A DNA stretch of 64,000 nucleotides from a candidate division WOR-3 bacterium. Lineage in GTDB: Bacteria; Hydrothermota; Tepidihabitantia; Tepidihabitantales; Tepidihabitantaceae. Below, piece after piece: positions 1-10,070 of this stretch. The stretch's first letter is position 1. Every line of letters begins with the position of its first letter. The stretch is taken from NCBI GenBank assembly GCA_965649295.1, contig CBFGKH010000001.1, positions 1 to 64,000 of the forward strand, read 5' to 3'. A program made the position numbers and the translations under genes. The notes under the pieces are model-generated. The model did no database searches and was not told where the DNA came from. It worked only from the letters and a program-made list of their open reading frames with translations.

Positions 1-19
1 CCCCCTCGGCCAACCAACC

Positions 20-57
20 GTGGGGGGGGGGGCCAGGGCCCCCCCACCGCGCTTTTC
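20..57 (+). terminator. Probable intrinsic terminator of an upstream gene outside the window
   Basis: GTG(G)n...CCCCCCCAC hairpin followed by GCTTTTC; the G homopolymer length may be a sequencing artefact. Confidence 0.45.
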
Positions 58-103
58 TGCTGTTTCTACTGTCCAAGAGATGATTGCCAATCCCTTGGTC
101 AGC

Positions 104-132
104 TTGACATTGTAGGCCTTCTGCCCTATCAT
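104..132 (+). promoter_or_regulatory. sigma70-type promoter for the giant surface protein
   Basis: TTGACA(104-109)-17 bp-TATCAT(127-132). Confidence 0.65.
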
Positions 133-252
133 TTTATGGCAGCACAACTTACAGGGTGGTCAAACCAATTCTACCAACCGGTTGGCTGCTAGAGACCAAC
201 GGGCGCAAGGTTGTCTGTCGCTATTTTGATTATTCAGCATTGGGAGGCAAGC

Positions 253-3200
253 ATGCTTAGAGCATTGTTTGGCGCCGGACCAGCCCTCGGTTCGGCAAAG
301 GCAAGAAGGGGTTACAGTCCGTTCACCAACGGGGCATTCGGCTATCTAATCATCCCGTTCCTGCTTCTGGTTAGTAGTGTCGCTGCTGCCAAGCCACCGG
401 TCTGGGAAGACCATCAAGGAACAAACGATGTCCGGCCGATGCGCCCACGCACCCGTCCCAAGTCCTCTCTACTCAGCCGCGACATCAGCTACAGCATCGA
501 ATGGCGGATGCCTTTGCGCGACTCGGTCTGCCTTGGTCTGACGCCAATCAACGACACGTTGCTCTGGGTTTCTTCGGGCGGGGCAAACAGTTCGGACGAC
601 CCAAACCGAGTACTCGTTTACAACCTGCGTACGCGCACGCTCGTTGATTCGTTTCTGCAGCCAACCACGACCGAGTATGGCTGGCGTGATATGAGCCGTA
701 TCGGCAACTCGGTCTTCGCTTCCGATGAAGATGGCGTTTATGAGATTTCCATCCCCACTCGGGCCGTGGTCAACACCTTCATCCCTGACACCGAGCTTGT
801 GCCCCATCGCGCAATGGCGGCTGTCCCTGGCGAGTCACTGCTTTCTGCCAACTGGAACAGCCGTATCTGGAAGTTCCACCGCACCGGCAACAATCCTCAC
901 GCCTACGACAACGAGCTTCAGATTTACGGCATGGGTTATGACTCGCGCGGCTTTGTCTGGGCCTCAACTCAGGAGATTGGTGGCCATCCGGAGATTGCCA
1001 AGCTCAGCTATCCGAATCTCGTTCCGCTCGATTGGACTGAACTGCCGTCGCCACCCGGTGATGTCTCTGGTGGATGTGAGATGTGGCGCGACTCTTTTCT
1101 TCTCGTTCTCAGCCAGAGTACGACGACTGATGAGGTAATCTGCGTCCGGCTTTACTTCGCCAATCGCGACATTGGTGTCGCCGAGATTCTGGAGCCATCA
1201 ATGCCTTGGGTTGGCAAACCAACGACTCCCAGGGCTTTGATAACAAACTATGGTATCTCTACGGTCGGCAGCATCGCTGCCACTTGCAGTATTTTTGGCA
1301 CTGCGCGTACGCTTCGTTACCAACGCGACACAACAATTACGCTTACTGGCGGCGCTACTGCCACTGTCACCTTCGGCACTTGGACGCCCACCAACAAGGA
1401 GTCCTGCCTCGTCAAGGTTACAGTTCAGGCAACTGCTGACCCTAACCCCAACAATGACACGCTGACACGTTCGGTTCTTGTCCGCCGCCGAACCCACACC
1501 GGCGGCCCAGACGCTAACCTCTACCTCTGGGTTGATTCTGACACCGCTGACCCCAATGCCCCGGTTTTCTCCTGGGTTGACACCACCGGTGGCGAGACTC
1601 TGCCGATTGCTGGTGATGACGAAGGTGTGGTCGTAACACCTCCGTTCCCGATTACCTATCGCGGTGTCCAGTATGAGACTCTCTACGTCTGTTCCAACGG
1701 TTGGATTCGATTTGGCGGGTCGCCGGGTACAAACCAGTGGGTCAACGTCGCCATGCCCAATTCGGCTATACCGAACAACATCGTTGCTCCGTTCTGGGAT
1801 GACTGCCAAGTCGGCGGCGCCTATAACGGCGCTGTTGTCACCAAGACAATTGGCAACCCGCCCAATCGCCGGTTCGTCGTCACCTTTCAGGATGTCGAAG
1901 TCAATTTCCGCACCGGCGACTATATGAGCTTCCAGGCTCTTTTCTCTGAGTCATCCGAAGACATCATCTTCCAGTATGACGATGTGGTCGTCGGCTATCC
2001 GACATTCGACTACGGCCGCTCAGCAACAGTCGGCATCGAGAACAGTACTGGCACAGTCGGTCTCTGCTACCTGCACAATGGCGACCCGGACGGTAATATC
2101 CTTACTTCCGGCCTCGCCATCCGTTTCTGGCGGCCGCCGCCACCCGATCATGATATCGGTGTGACAACAATTGCGTCGCCCACTACCGCCGGTGTCCCGA
2201 TGCGGCCGCGGCCAGTAACCATCAAGGCGACGATCCGCAACTTCGGCACGTCCCTCGAAAACAACATCCCGGTCATCTGTTCGGTATTCGGCGAAGAGAA
2301 CCAAGAACGCTGGAACGCCTTCACCGTGATTCCGTCCGTCCCCGCTGGTGAGTCGGTCACCGTGACTTTCGACGGCTGGCAGCCCACTGTCATCGAACGG
2401 GCGACAATCGGCATCTACACGGCACTGATCGGCGACGAGCTGCCGTACAACAATAACCGGTTGCAGGTCTGTCCGGTGTTCCGAGCCTATTTCACCGGCG
2501 GACCCGATGCCATGGGCTATCGCTTCATTGATTCCGACACAACTGGTGGCCCAACCTATAGCTGGTCGAACATCACCTCCTCTGGTACGCCCATCACCTT
2601 CCCATCCAGCGATGACGGTGCGGTCACGATACCACTGCCGTTTACTTTCTACTTCTACAATGCTGCTCACAATAGCATCAGTGTCAGCACTAACGGTCTG
2701 CTTTCGTTCCAACCCGGTGGCCTTAGCGGTACTGAAACCGAAAACGACCTGCTACCCAACCCGCAGGCACCCAACTATCTTATCGCTCCGCTCTGGGACA
2801 ATCTTGACCAGGTCGTGCCAGGCCGCTGCCGCTATGCCACCCAAGGAACAGCGCCGAACCGGGTCTTCATTATCTCCTACGACAGCATCAAGTTCTGGGG
2901 TGCGGCCAATCCATTCGGCACCGGGCTTGCGTTCCAGGTCAAGCTCTACGAGACTAGCAACCAGATTCTCTTTCAATACCGCAAAATCGCACCCGGTGCC
3001 CCGGCCCATGACCGTGGTGCCAGTGCCTGTGTCGGTATCGAGAACGCCGATGGTACTGCTGGCCTAACCTATGAGAACAACGCTTGGCCTTCCGGGAACT
3101 TGCTTGACAGCGCTCGGGCAATACGCTTCTACCCCACCCATGATGTCGGCGCTGCTGCCTTCAACGTCCCAGCCAACCAATCTGTCCTTGCGCCGGGAAC

Positions 3201-6200
3201 AGCCGTATCGCCTTCAGCCTACGTCCGCAACTACGGCAGTTGGAACGAAACTTTCCAGGTACAATTGACCATCGCCGGACCGGCTGGGTTCAACTACACC
3301 AGCACCCAGAACGTCACTAATCTGCCACCAAACACCCTCCGCTTGGTCAACTTCTCGCCGGCGACGCCCGGCCTTGCCCAGGGCTACTACACAATGAAGC
3401 TGAAGACGTTGCTGGCCGACCCCTATCCCCAAAACGACTCTATTCTTGGCAGCTTCATCGTTATGGGCGCTCCTACTGGCCTCTCGCCAAACGGGCCCAA
3501 TGTCTGGCTTACTAGCCCGTTCGTCAACCTTGACTGGGATGACCTGGCTGGAGCCGAAAGCTATCAGCTCGAAGTCGCACTCGACCCCGGATTCGCCGCG
3601 GTGGTCTTCAACGCCTCCGGGCTGACTGCTTCGCAGGCGACGACCGACTCACTGGCCGATGGCAGTTACTACTGGCGTGTTCGCGGTATGAGTGGCAGCA
3701 TCAACGGGAATTGGAGTGCCACTGCCCAGTTCAATGTTGACGCAACGCCGCCCGCTGCACCGGTGCTGCTGACCCCTCCGGACTCGGCCACTGGCGTCTC
3801 GCTCCGACCCACATTCACTTGGACCGAAGTTGAATATGGTTACCAACCAGAACACCGCCAGCTTGAGAAGGAAGGTCGTGACGAAGTCGAATACTACGAT
3901 ATTCAGGTTGCCCGCGATTCAGGCTTCACCGACATCATTTTCACTGCCACACCCCAGACCAACTCCTACACGCACATCGTTGACCTTGCCTACTCCACCA
4001 CCTGCTACTGGCGAGTCCGCGGCATAGACTACGCCGGTAACACCGGTCGTTGGGGTGGTCCGTCGGTATTTACTACTATTCATCCAGCCGCACCTACTTT
4101 GCTCGCGCCCACCAATGGCGCTTATCTCAACAACCGCACCCCGACGTTCAGCTGGAGGTCCTCAACCGGAGCCAACTACTACGAGCTTCAGGTTTCTGTT
4201 GACTCGCTGTTCAGCACTCGTGTGATTGACGTCGGCCTCCCCGAGACGACATACGTACCATCGTCGAGCCTGGCTGACGGCCGCTACTATTGGCGTGTTC
4301 GTCCTTCGGCCAACTCTGGCAACACTTGGGGCGATTACTCGCCAGTTTTCAGCTTCAGCCTTGACGCAACCGCGCCGCTCGCCCCAACACTGCTTACCCC
4401 GGAACCGGCCGCAGTCAACGTTTCACTGGTACCGAACTTCACTTGGACCGAACTCGACCTTAATCAATTGGGTCACGCCAAGTCTCCGGCCCTTGATCTC
4501 TTAGACCACTACGACATCCAACTGGCAACTGACCCTGGATTCAGTAGCCCCGTCTTCAACGTCACTACAACCATCCCTGCATACACTCATTCTGAAAGCC
4601 TCGCCTATCTCACTAGGTATTACTGGCGCGTGCGCGGTGTTGACGACCACGGCAACATCGGGCCATGGGCCACTGACAGCTTCACAACCATCATTCGGGT
4701 ACCAACTGCCCCGGTGCTGGTTGCGCCACCGAACGGCACGGTCAACCATCCTCGCGCCGGCGACCTCATCTGGCAACCTGCTGCCCGTGCTGCCTGGTAC
4801 GATGTCTATCTTGACATTGTTTCCCCACCGGTCGAACGGATTGCCACTGGTATCACGACAACGACACTTCACGTTGAAGACCTCGGTGGCGACATCACCT
4901 ACTACTGGCGCGTGGTTGCCATCAATGCCGGTGGCGACAGTAGCTCCGCCATCTGGAGTTTCACCACCGTGCCTGGCCCACCAGCACGCCCGACTCTTGT
5001 CGCTCCAGAGAGTGGTGCTGTCAACGTACCAGTCAATGGCATTCTCGACTGGCGACCGACCGCGGGCGCAACCAGCTACGACGTGTATCTGGACACTGTC
5101 AACCCGCCGGTCTCACTGGCTGCAACTGGACTAACTGAAACCCAACTTGACTACTCTGGACTCAGTCACCTAACTTGGTACTACTGGAAGGTAGTCGCCA
5201 CCAATGCTGGCGGCAGTACTGAGTCACGAGTTTACTCCTTCCGAACTGTGATTGCTGCACCGGCAACCCCCGAGTTACGGTTGCCTGCCGACCGTGCTCG
5301 CAACGTCGCCCGCAATGGCACTCTTGTGTGGTTCCCTGCCGAACGCGCCGAGAATTATGACGTTTACCTTGACCAGCAGAACCCGCCGTTAGTCTTGCTA
5401 GCCAGTGACGTCTCGGAGGTATTCCAATGTTACGATAGCCTGGCCTACGGTACGACCTACTTCTGGCGGATCGTTGCTAAGAATGTCGGCGGAACAGCCC
5501 AATCGCCAGTCTGGTCATTCACAACCATTGCCGATATTCCCGGGGGTTGGACTCCCCGTCCCGAAACCCTAGTCGGGACTCCAGTGAAAGATGGCGGTGC
5601 GCTCGCTTACGACCCTGAGCACGAACTCATCTATGCCATCAAGGGCAACAAGACCAATGAGTTCTGGCAGTATTCGGCAACAGATAGCACTTGGACCAGA
5701 CTACCTGACGTCGGCGGAACACTGCGACCGGTTGGCAAAGGCGCTGGCATGGCCTGCGGTGGTGGGTATGTCTTCGTCATCAAAGGCAACAATACGAATG
5801 ATTTCTACCGGTATAGTATCACTGAAAGAACCTGGACCCCGCTACGTCCCATTCCCCTCTCGCGTGACCAGACCGCGACCCGCGGTAAGAAAGTCAAAGG
5901 TGGCAGCAGTCTCGCCTATGTCTGCAAGAATGACTCTAGCTTCATCTATGTTCTCAAAGGTTCAGGCACGAACGATTTCTACCGCTATGACATTGCTGCC
6001 GATACCTTCCTGACTCTCGAACCGGCGCTGTACAATACCCGACCGAAATACGATAAAGGTAGCTGGATTGTCTATGACGGCAGCCAGTTCATCTACTTGA
6101 TGCAGAACAAATACAATGCGCTCTTCCGCTACGATGTTCGAACTGGTCAGTGGCTCCCAACACCAACTCTGGCTGGTATGCCGCTGGACAGTCGTGTGAC

Positions 6201-6810
6201 CGGCAAGACCAATAAGAAGGTTGGCGACGGCGCTGCCGCCGCCTGGGACGGAAGTGCCATCTATGCCTTCAAAGGCAACAACACGAACCAGTTCTGGAAG
6301 TACCTCCCTGGCGTTGACAGCGATACTTGGATTGAACTCGAATCACTGCCGCAGACGTACCCTGGCGATGCTCGCAAGAAGAAAGTTAAGGCCGGCGGTG
6401 CGATTGCCTATCACCTTGGCCAGGGTGTCTTTTATGCATTGAAAGGCAACAAGACAAATCAGTTCTGGCGCTACAAACCATCCGGCAATGTCCTTGCTCC
6501 CCCAGGCCGGACGCGGGGAATCGCCGCCTTGGAAAACCGCCAGACGCCGCGGACGATGCTGTCCATTGCTCCCAATCCCCTCACCTCGCGCTTCGTTACA
6601 GTTAGACTGGCTGTGCCCCTAGCACTACCAGGACTGCAGCCAACCATTTCCGTATTCGACGCTGTGGGCCGGAAGATTCCTGTCCGTCTCGCTTCGTCTG
6701 ATGATGCCACGTTCACGATCGACCTGCAATCAATCCCTGCTGGCGTCTACCTGCTCCAAGTCAACACCAGCACGGCCACGTTCACAGAGAAACTCGTCAT
6801 CCAACACTGA
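253..6810 (+). CDS. Giant (~2185 aa) secreted multidomain protein: N-terminal propeller-like region, CARDB/Ig domains, two nidogen-like modules, multiple Fn3-like repeats, six-bladed Kelch-type propeller, T9SS-type C-terminal sorting domain
   Basis: Start moved from 211 to ATG 253 (SD GGGAGG at 242-247); hydrophobic signal ending AAA; repeated YYWRV motifs; six KGNxTNxF(W/Y)xY-like repeats; C-terminal PNP...FDAVGR...GVYLL...KLVIQH. Confidence 0.8.
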   Translation: MLRALFGAGPALGSAKARRGYSPFTNGAFGYLIIPFLLLVSSVAAAKPPVWEDHQGTNDVRPMRPRTRPKSSLLSRDISYSIEWRMPLRDSVCLGLTPINDTLLWVSSGGANSSDDPNRVLVYNLRTRTLVDSFLQPTTTEYGWRDMSRIGNSVFASDEDGVYEISIPTRAVVNTFIPDTELVPHRAMAAVPGESLLSANWNSRIWKFHRTGNNPHAYDNELQIYGMGYDSRGFVWASTQEIGGHPEIAKLSYPNLVPLDWTELPSPPGDVSGGCEMWRDSFLLVLSQSTTTDEVICVRLYFANRDIGVAEILEPSMPWVGKPTTPRALITNYGISTVGSIAATCSIFGTARTLRYQRDTTITLTGGATATVTFGTWTPTNKESCLVKVTVQATADPNPNNDTLTRSVLVRRRTHTGGPDANLYLWVDSDTADPNAPVFSWVDTTGGETLPIAGDDEGVVVTPPFPITYRGVQYETLYVCSNGWIRFGGSPGTNQWVNVAMPNSAIPNNIVAPFWDDCQVGGAYNGAVVTKTIGNPPNRRFVVTFQDVEVNFRTGDYMSFQALFSESSEDIIFQYDDVVVGYPTFDYGRSATVGIENSTGTVGLCYLHNGDPDGNILTSGLAIRFWRPPPPDHDIGVTTIASPTTAGVPMRPRPVTIKATIRNFGTSLENNIPVICSVFGEENQERWNAFTVIPSVPAGESVTVTFDGWQPTVIERATIGIYTALIGDELPYNNNRLQVCPVFRAYFTGGPDAMGYRFIDSDTTGGPTYSWSNITSSGTPITFPSSDDGAVTIPLPFTFYFYNAAHNSISVSTNGLLSFQPGGLSGTETENDLLPNPQAPNYLIAPLWDNLDQVVPGRCRYATQGTAPNRVFIISYDSIKFWGAANPFGTGLAFQVKLYETSNQILFQYRKIAPGAPAHDRGASACVGIENADGTAGLTYENNAWPSGNLLDSARAIRFYPTHDVGAAAFNVPANQSVLAPGTAVSPSAYVRNYGSWNETFQVQLTIAGPAGFNYTSTQNVTNLPPNTLRLVNFSPATPGLAQGYYTMKLKTLLADPYPQNDSILGSFIVMGAPTGLSPNGPNVWLTSPFVNLDWDDLAGAESYQLEVALDPGFAAVVFNASGLTASQATTDSLADGSYYWRVRGMSGSINGNWSATAQFNVDATPPAAPVLLTPPDSATGVSLRPTFTWTEVEYGYQPEHRQLEKEGRDEVEYYDIQVARDSGFTDIIFTATPQTNSYTHIVDLAYSTTCYWRVRGIDYAGNTGRWGGPSVFTTIHPAAPTLLAPTNGAYLNNRTPTFSWRSSTGANYYELQVSVDSLFSTRVIDVGLPETTYVPSSSLADGRYYWRVRPSANSGNTWGDYSPVFSFSLDATAPLAPTLLTPEPAAVNVSLVPNFTWTELDLNQLGHAKSPALDLLDHYDIQLATDPGFSSPVFNVTTTIPAYTHSESLAYLTRYYWRVRGVDDHGNIGPWATDSFTTIIRVPTAPVLVAPPNGTVNHPRAGDLIWQPAARAAWYDVYLDIVSPPVERIATGITTTTLHVEDLGGDITYYWRVVAINAGGDSSSAIWSFTTVPGPPARPTLVAPESGAVNVPVNGILDWRPTAGATSYDVYLDTVNPPVSLAATGLTETQLDYSGLSHLTWYYWKVVATNAGGSTESRVYSFRTVIAAPATPELRLPADRARNVARNGTLVWFPAERAENYDVYLDQQNPPLVLLASDVSEVFQCYDSLAYGTTYFWRIVAKNVGGTAQSPVWSFTTIADIPGGWTPRPETLVGTPVKDGGALAYDPEHELIYAIKGNKTNEFWQYSATDSTWTRLPDVGGTLRPVGKGAGMACGGGYVFVIKGNNTNDFYRYSITERTWTPLRPIPLSRDQTATRGKKVKGGSSLAYVCKNDSSFIYVLKGSGTNDFYRYDIAADTFLTLEPALYNTRPKYDKGSWIVYDGSQFIYLMQNKYNALFRYDVRTGQWLPTPTLAGMPLDSRVTGKTNKKVGDGAAAAWDGSAIYAFKGNNTNQFWKYLPGVDSDTWIELESLPQTYPGDARKKKVKAGGAIAYHLGQGVFYALKGNKTNQFWRYKPSGNVLAPPGRTRGIAALENRQTPRTMLSIAPNPLTSRFVTVRLAVPLALPGLQPTISVFDAVGRKIPVRLASSDDATFTIDLQSIPAGVYLLQVNTSTATFTEKLVIQH

Positions 6811-6829
6811 CCTCGGTCTGGGTACTTTT

Positions 6830-6880
6830 CGGGCGGCAGCGGCGTCGTGCCGCTGCCGCCCGGTTCGGTTGGTTTCTTTC
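6830..6880 (+). terminator. Intrinsic terminator
   Basis: Perfect 14-bp stem CGGGCGGCAGCGGC/GCCGCTGCCGCCCG followed by a T-rich tract. Confidence 0.8.
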
Positions 6881-6942
6881 CGTCGCGTTGCAGACCCTCG
6901 TTGACTCTGCGTCTCCCTATAGCAACCACGTATCTCGGACAA

Positions 6943-6970
6943 TTGACACTCAGCCGATTGCTGCTATCCT
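6943..6970 (+). promoter_or_regulatory. sigma70-type promoter of the rpmB-GDP-sugar operon
   Basis: TTGACA-16 bp-TATCCT; SD AGGAGG before the TTG start. Confidence 0.6.
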
Positions 6971-7000
6971 GTCCCAAGAACAACTCAACTAGGAGGAACA

Positions 7001-7189
7001 TTGGCTCGGCATTGTGAGATTTGCGGCAAGACTGGCGCAGTCGGTAACACTATCAGCCACGCCCACAACGTGACCCGACGCCGTTTTGACCCTAACCTGC
7101 AACATGTCAAGATAAAGGAGAACGGTACTGTCCGCCGTGCTTGGGTTTGCACCCGTTGCCTGCGGTCCGGTCGCGTCACCAAGGCTTGA
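7001..7189 (+). CDS. rpmB: 50S ribosomal protein bL28
   Basis: [10 protein letters not shown]...[20 protein letters not shown]...VCTRCLRSG, zinc-type L28. Confidence 0.97.
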   Translation: MARHCEICGKTGAVGNTISHAHNVTRRRFDPNLQHVKIKENGTVRRAWVCTRCLRSGRVTKA

Positions 7190-7231
7190 ACCAGTATTCT
7201 GCCTTGGAACTTTTCTAGTCTAGGAGGCTTC

Positions 7232-8185
7232 GTGAGGTACCTCATTACCGGTATTACCGGCTTTGCTGGCAGCCATCTCGCCGAATACCTACTCAGCCGC
7301 AACGACGGTGAAGTGCATGGCATCCGACGCTGGCGTTCCCGCATGGACAACATTAGTCACCTTGAAGGCAAGGTAACTCTTCATACCTGTGACATCCGTG
7401 ATGCCACGGCGATGTATGAGCTCATCAACCGACTCCGGCCTGACCGCATCTACCACCTAGCTGCCCAGAGCTTTGTACCGATGTCCTGGATTGCCCCGAC
7501 CGAGACGCTGACCACCAATATCATTGGTCAAACCAATCTGCTAGAGGCAGTCCGCACCTGTGCCTGTCCGGCCCGTATTCAAATCGCCTGCTCTAGCGAA
7601 GAATACGGGCTGGTCCGACCAGAGGAAACCCCGATCAAGGAATCGAACCCACTTCGTCCCCTCTCACCTTACGGCGTCAGCAAAGTCGCTCAGGACCTGA
7701 TGGGCTACCAGTATCACCAAAGCTATGGTATGTTTATCGTCCGCACACGCGGCTTCAACCACACCGGCCCGCGCCGCGGCGATGTGTTCGTCACATCAAA
7801 CTTCGCCCGGCAGATTGCTGAGATCGAAAAGGGCCTGCGGCCGCCCGTGATTCATGTCGGCAATCTTGAGGCTATCCGTGATTTTACCGACGTCCGCGAT
7901 ACCGTTCGTGCCTACTATCTGGTGCTCGAACAGGGCGAGCCTGGCCAGGCCTACAACGTTGCCACTGGCAAGGGCTATCGTATCCGCGAGATGCTCGATA
8001 TCCTGCTCGGTCTGAGCCACGTCAAGGTTAGCGTTGAACCTGACCCCCAGCGAATGCGACCCAGTGACGTCGAACTGCTCATTGGCGACAGTACCAAGCT
8101 TCGTCAGACAACTGGCTGGCAGCCCACGATTCCCTTCGTGCAGACGATGAGCGACTTGCTCGACTACTGGCGCCAACGCGTGTGA
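7232..8185 (+). CDS. gmd: GDP-mannose 4,6-dehydratase family extended SDR
   Basis: LITGITGFAGSHL, HLAAQSFV, SSEEYG, YGVSK, FNHTGPRR, GNLEAIRDF. Confidence 0.8.
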   Translation: MRYLITGITGFAGSHLAEYLLSRNDGEVHGIRRWRSRMDNISHLEGKVTLHTCDIRDATAMYELINRLRPDRIYHLAAQSFVPMSWIAPTETLTTNIIGQTNLLEAVRTCACPARIQIACSSEEYGLVRPEETPIKESNPLRPLSPYGVSKVAQDLMGYQYHQSYGMFIVRTRGFNHTGPRRGDVFVTSNFARQIAEIEKGLRPPVIHVGNLEAIRDFTDVRDTVRAYYLVLEQGEPGQAYNVATGKGYRIREMLDILLGLSHVKVSVEPDPQRMRPSDVELLIGDSTKLRQTTGWQPTIPFVQTMSDLLDYWRQRV

Positions 8186-9117
8186 GAAGAGCTCTCATAA
8201 CCGGCATCGAAGGTTTTGTCGGTAACCATCTCGCCCGGCAATTGACGGCCGACAATTGGCACGTAATCGGCCTTCACCTTGCCGCTCCCCGGGCTAACCT
8301 TCCGGCAGAGCTTCATCCTGGTGACATCACCGACTTTGAGCTCGTCAAGAGACTACTGGCAGCTACCAGGCCCGACGCTATTATCCACCTTGCTGGAGTC
8401 AGTTCGGTTGCTGCCTCCGAAACACACACCCTTGCAACTTATCAAGTCAATGTTCTGGGTACGCTCAATCTGCTTGAAGCCGTACGCCGTCTGACTCTCA
8501 GTCCGCGCATCATTCTGATTTCTTCCGCCGACGTCTATGGCCGCACTAACGTCGGTCGACCGCTCCGTGAGTCCGAACCGGCACTGCCACTCAGTCCCTA
8601 TGCTCTGAGCAAACTCATGACTGGCGACGCCGGTCGTTTCTACCACCGAGCATTCGACCTGGACGTGGTCGTGCTCCGACCATTCAGTCATACCGGTCCC
8701 GGCCAAGCTGAGAACTTTGTCTTTCCCAAAGTTGCGGCTGGCATCGCCCGCGCCGAACGACAGCTAGGCGCGCCGGTTATCGAGATGGGCAATCTCGACA
8801 TCCGTCGTGACTACACCGATGTCCGAGACATTGTTCGTGCCTACTCACTTGCCATCGAACGCTGTGTTGCCGGAGAGACGTACAACGTGACCTCTGGCCG
8901 ACCTGTGGTCTTACGAGAGGCGGTTGATGAACTCTGCCGCTTGGCTCGAGTACGTGTCGAAATCCGAAGCTCACCTGCTCAATTCCGGCCGCACGATATT
9001 CCCGTTTTGACCGGCGATCCAGCCAAGTTTATGACGGCGACCGGTTGGCAGCCACAGATACCATTTTCTCAAACTCTGGCTGACCTGCTCGAGTACTACC
9101 GCGCGCTCGTCGGATGA
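8182..9117 (+). CDS. Second GDP-sugar SDR (GDP-4-keto-6-deoxy-mannose reductase/dehydratase-like)
   Basis: ITGIEGFVG, SSADVYG, YALSK, GNLDIRRDYTDVRD; paralogous to the upstream gene with a GTGA overlap. Confidence 0.75.
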   Translation: MRRALITGIEGFVGNHLARQLTADNWHVIGLHLAAPRANLPAELHPGDITDFELVKRLLAATRPDAIIHLAGVSSVAASETHTLATYQVNVLGTLNLLEAVRRLTLSPRIILISSADVYGRTNVGRPLRESEPALPLSPYALSKLMTGDAGRFYHRAFDLDVVVLRPFSHTGPGQAENFVFPKVAAGIARAERQLGAPVIEMGNLDIRRDYTDVRDIVRAYSLAIERCVAGETYNVTSGRPVVLREAVDELCRLARVRVEIRSSPAQFRPHDIPVLTGDPAKFMTATGWQPQIPFSQTLADLLEYYRALVG

Positions 9118-10037
9118 GGCCAACGTCCGACTCAGCCGGTGCAGAGACCCGCTCTCACGCAGGTCAAGGAAAACCACGCCTGTCAATCATAATTGTCACT
9201 TGGAACAGCGCTGCCGATATCGAAAACTGTCTCGACTCAATTACGTTCGACGGCAACTTTGAAGTTATCATCATCGACAATGCTTCCACTGATGATACGG
9301 TCGCTCGCGTCCGCCGCTACAACCAGTTTGTCCTTGTCGAGAACAAGGTGAATCTCGGCTATGCCCGAGCCAACAACCAAGGTTTGGCTATCGCCAGCGG
9401 TCAATACGTCTTGCTCCTCAATCCCGACACTGTACTCAGCCCCGGCGCACTCGAGGAACTCTGCCGCGAGCTCGATGAAGTTCCTGATGCCGGTGCTGTT
9501 GCGCCGCGGTTGGTCAATCCAGATGGCACTGACCAAGCTTCGATTCGCTCACTGCCAACGGCCACAGCTGTTTTCTTTGAGATAACAGGCCTCTCCTCAC
9601 TCTTTCCTGGTAATGCTGTTCTTGATCACTGGCGCTTGCGTAAGTTTGACTACAATACTGCGCAGGATGTTGAACAACCGATGGCCTCGTGCTTGCTGTT
9701 CCGTCGCGCCGTTTTGATGGAGCTTGGCGGTTTCGACGAGAGATTCCCGATCTTCTACAACGATGTGGACATCTGCCAACGACTACTGACCGCTGGCTGG
9801 AGAATCCGCTACTTGCCGACGGTCAAAGTCATGCACCGCCGTGGCGCGAGTACCAGTCAGGTCAGACTGAAAATGATTAGGGAAAATCACCTCTCCCTCT
9901 TTCGCTATCTAAGTAAGCACGACCGAAGCAAATGGTTTTGGCTCAAAGCGGTCTGGCTACTGCCAACCCTTGAACTTGCAACACTTGTTAGAACGATGCT
10001 TTGGCGACTACGCGGCAACAGACCGAAGTCTCGATAG
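9114..10037 (+). CDS. GT2 family glycosyltransferase (WbbL/rhamnosyltransferase-like)
   Basis: SIIIVTWN, IIDNASTD, NLGYARANNQG, LLLNPD, GGFDERFPIFYNDVD. Confidence 0.85.
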   Translation: MRPTSDSAGAETRSHAGQGKPRLSIIIVTWNSAADIENCLDSITFDGNFEVIIIDNASTDDTVARVRRYNQFVLVENKVNLGYARANNQGLAIASGQYVLLLNPDTVLSPGALEELCRELDEVPDAGAVAPRLVNPDGTDQASIRSLPTATAVFFEITGLSSLFPGNAVLDHWRLRKFDYNTAQDVEQPMASCLLFRRAVLMELGGFDERFPIFYNDVDICQRLLTAGWRIRYLPTVKVMHRRGASTSQVRLKMIRENHLSLFRYLSKHDRSKWFWLKAVWLLPTLELATLVRTMLWRLRGNRPKSR

Positions 10038-10070
10038 TTCATACCCATCCGGCCTTACCGGCAGGTCAGC

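Noticed and set aside
138..225. Possible c-di-GMP-I riboswitch (GGTCAAACC...GGGCGCAAGG)
   Set aside because: No GNRA-capped P2 or receptor-bearing P3; resemblance is weak.
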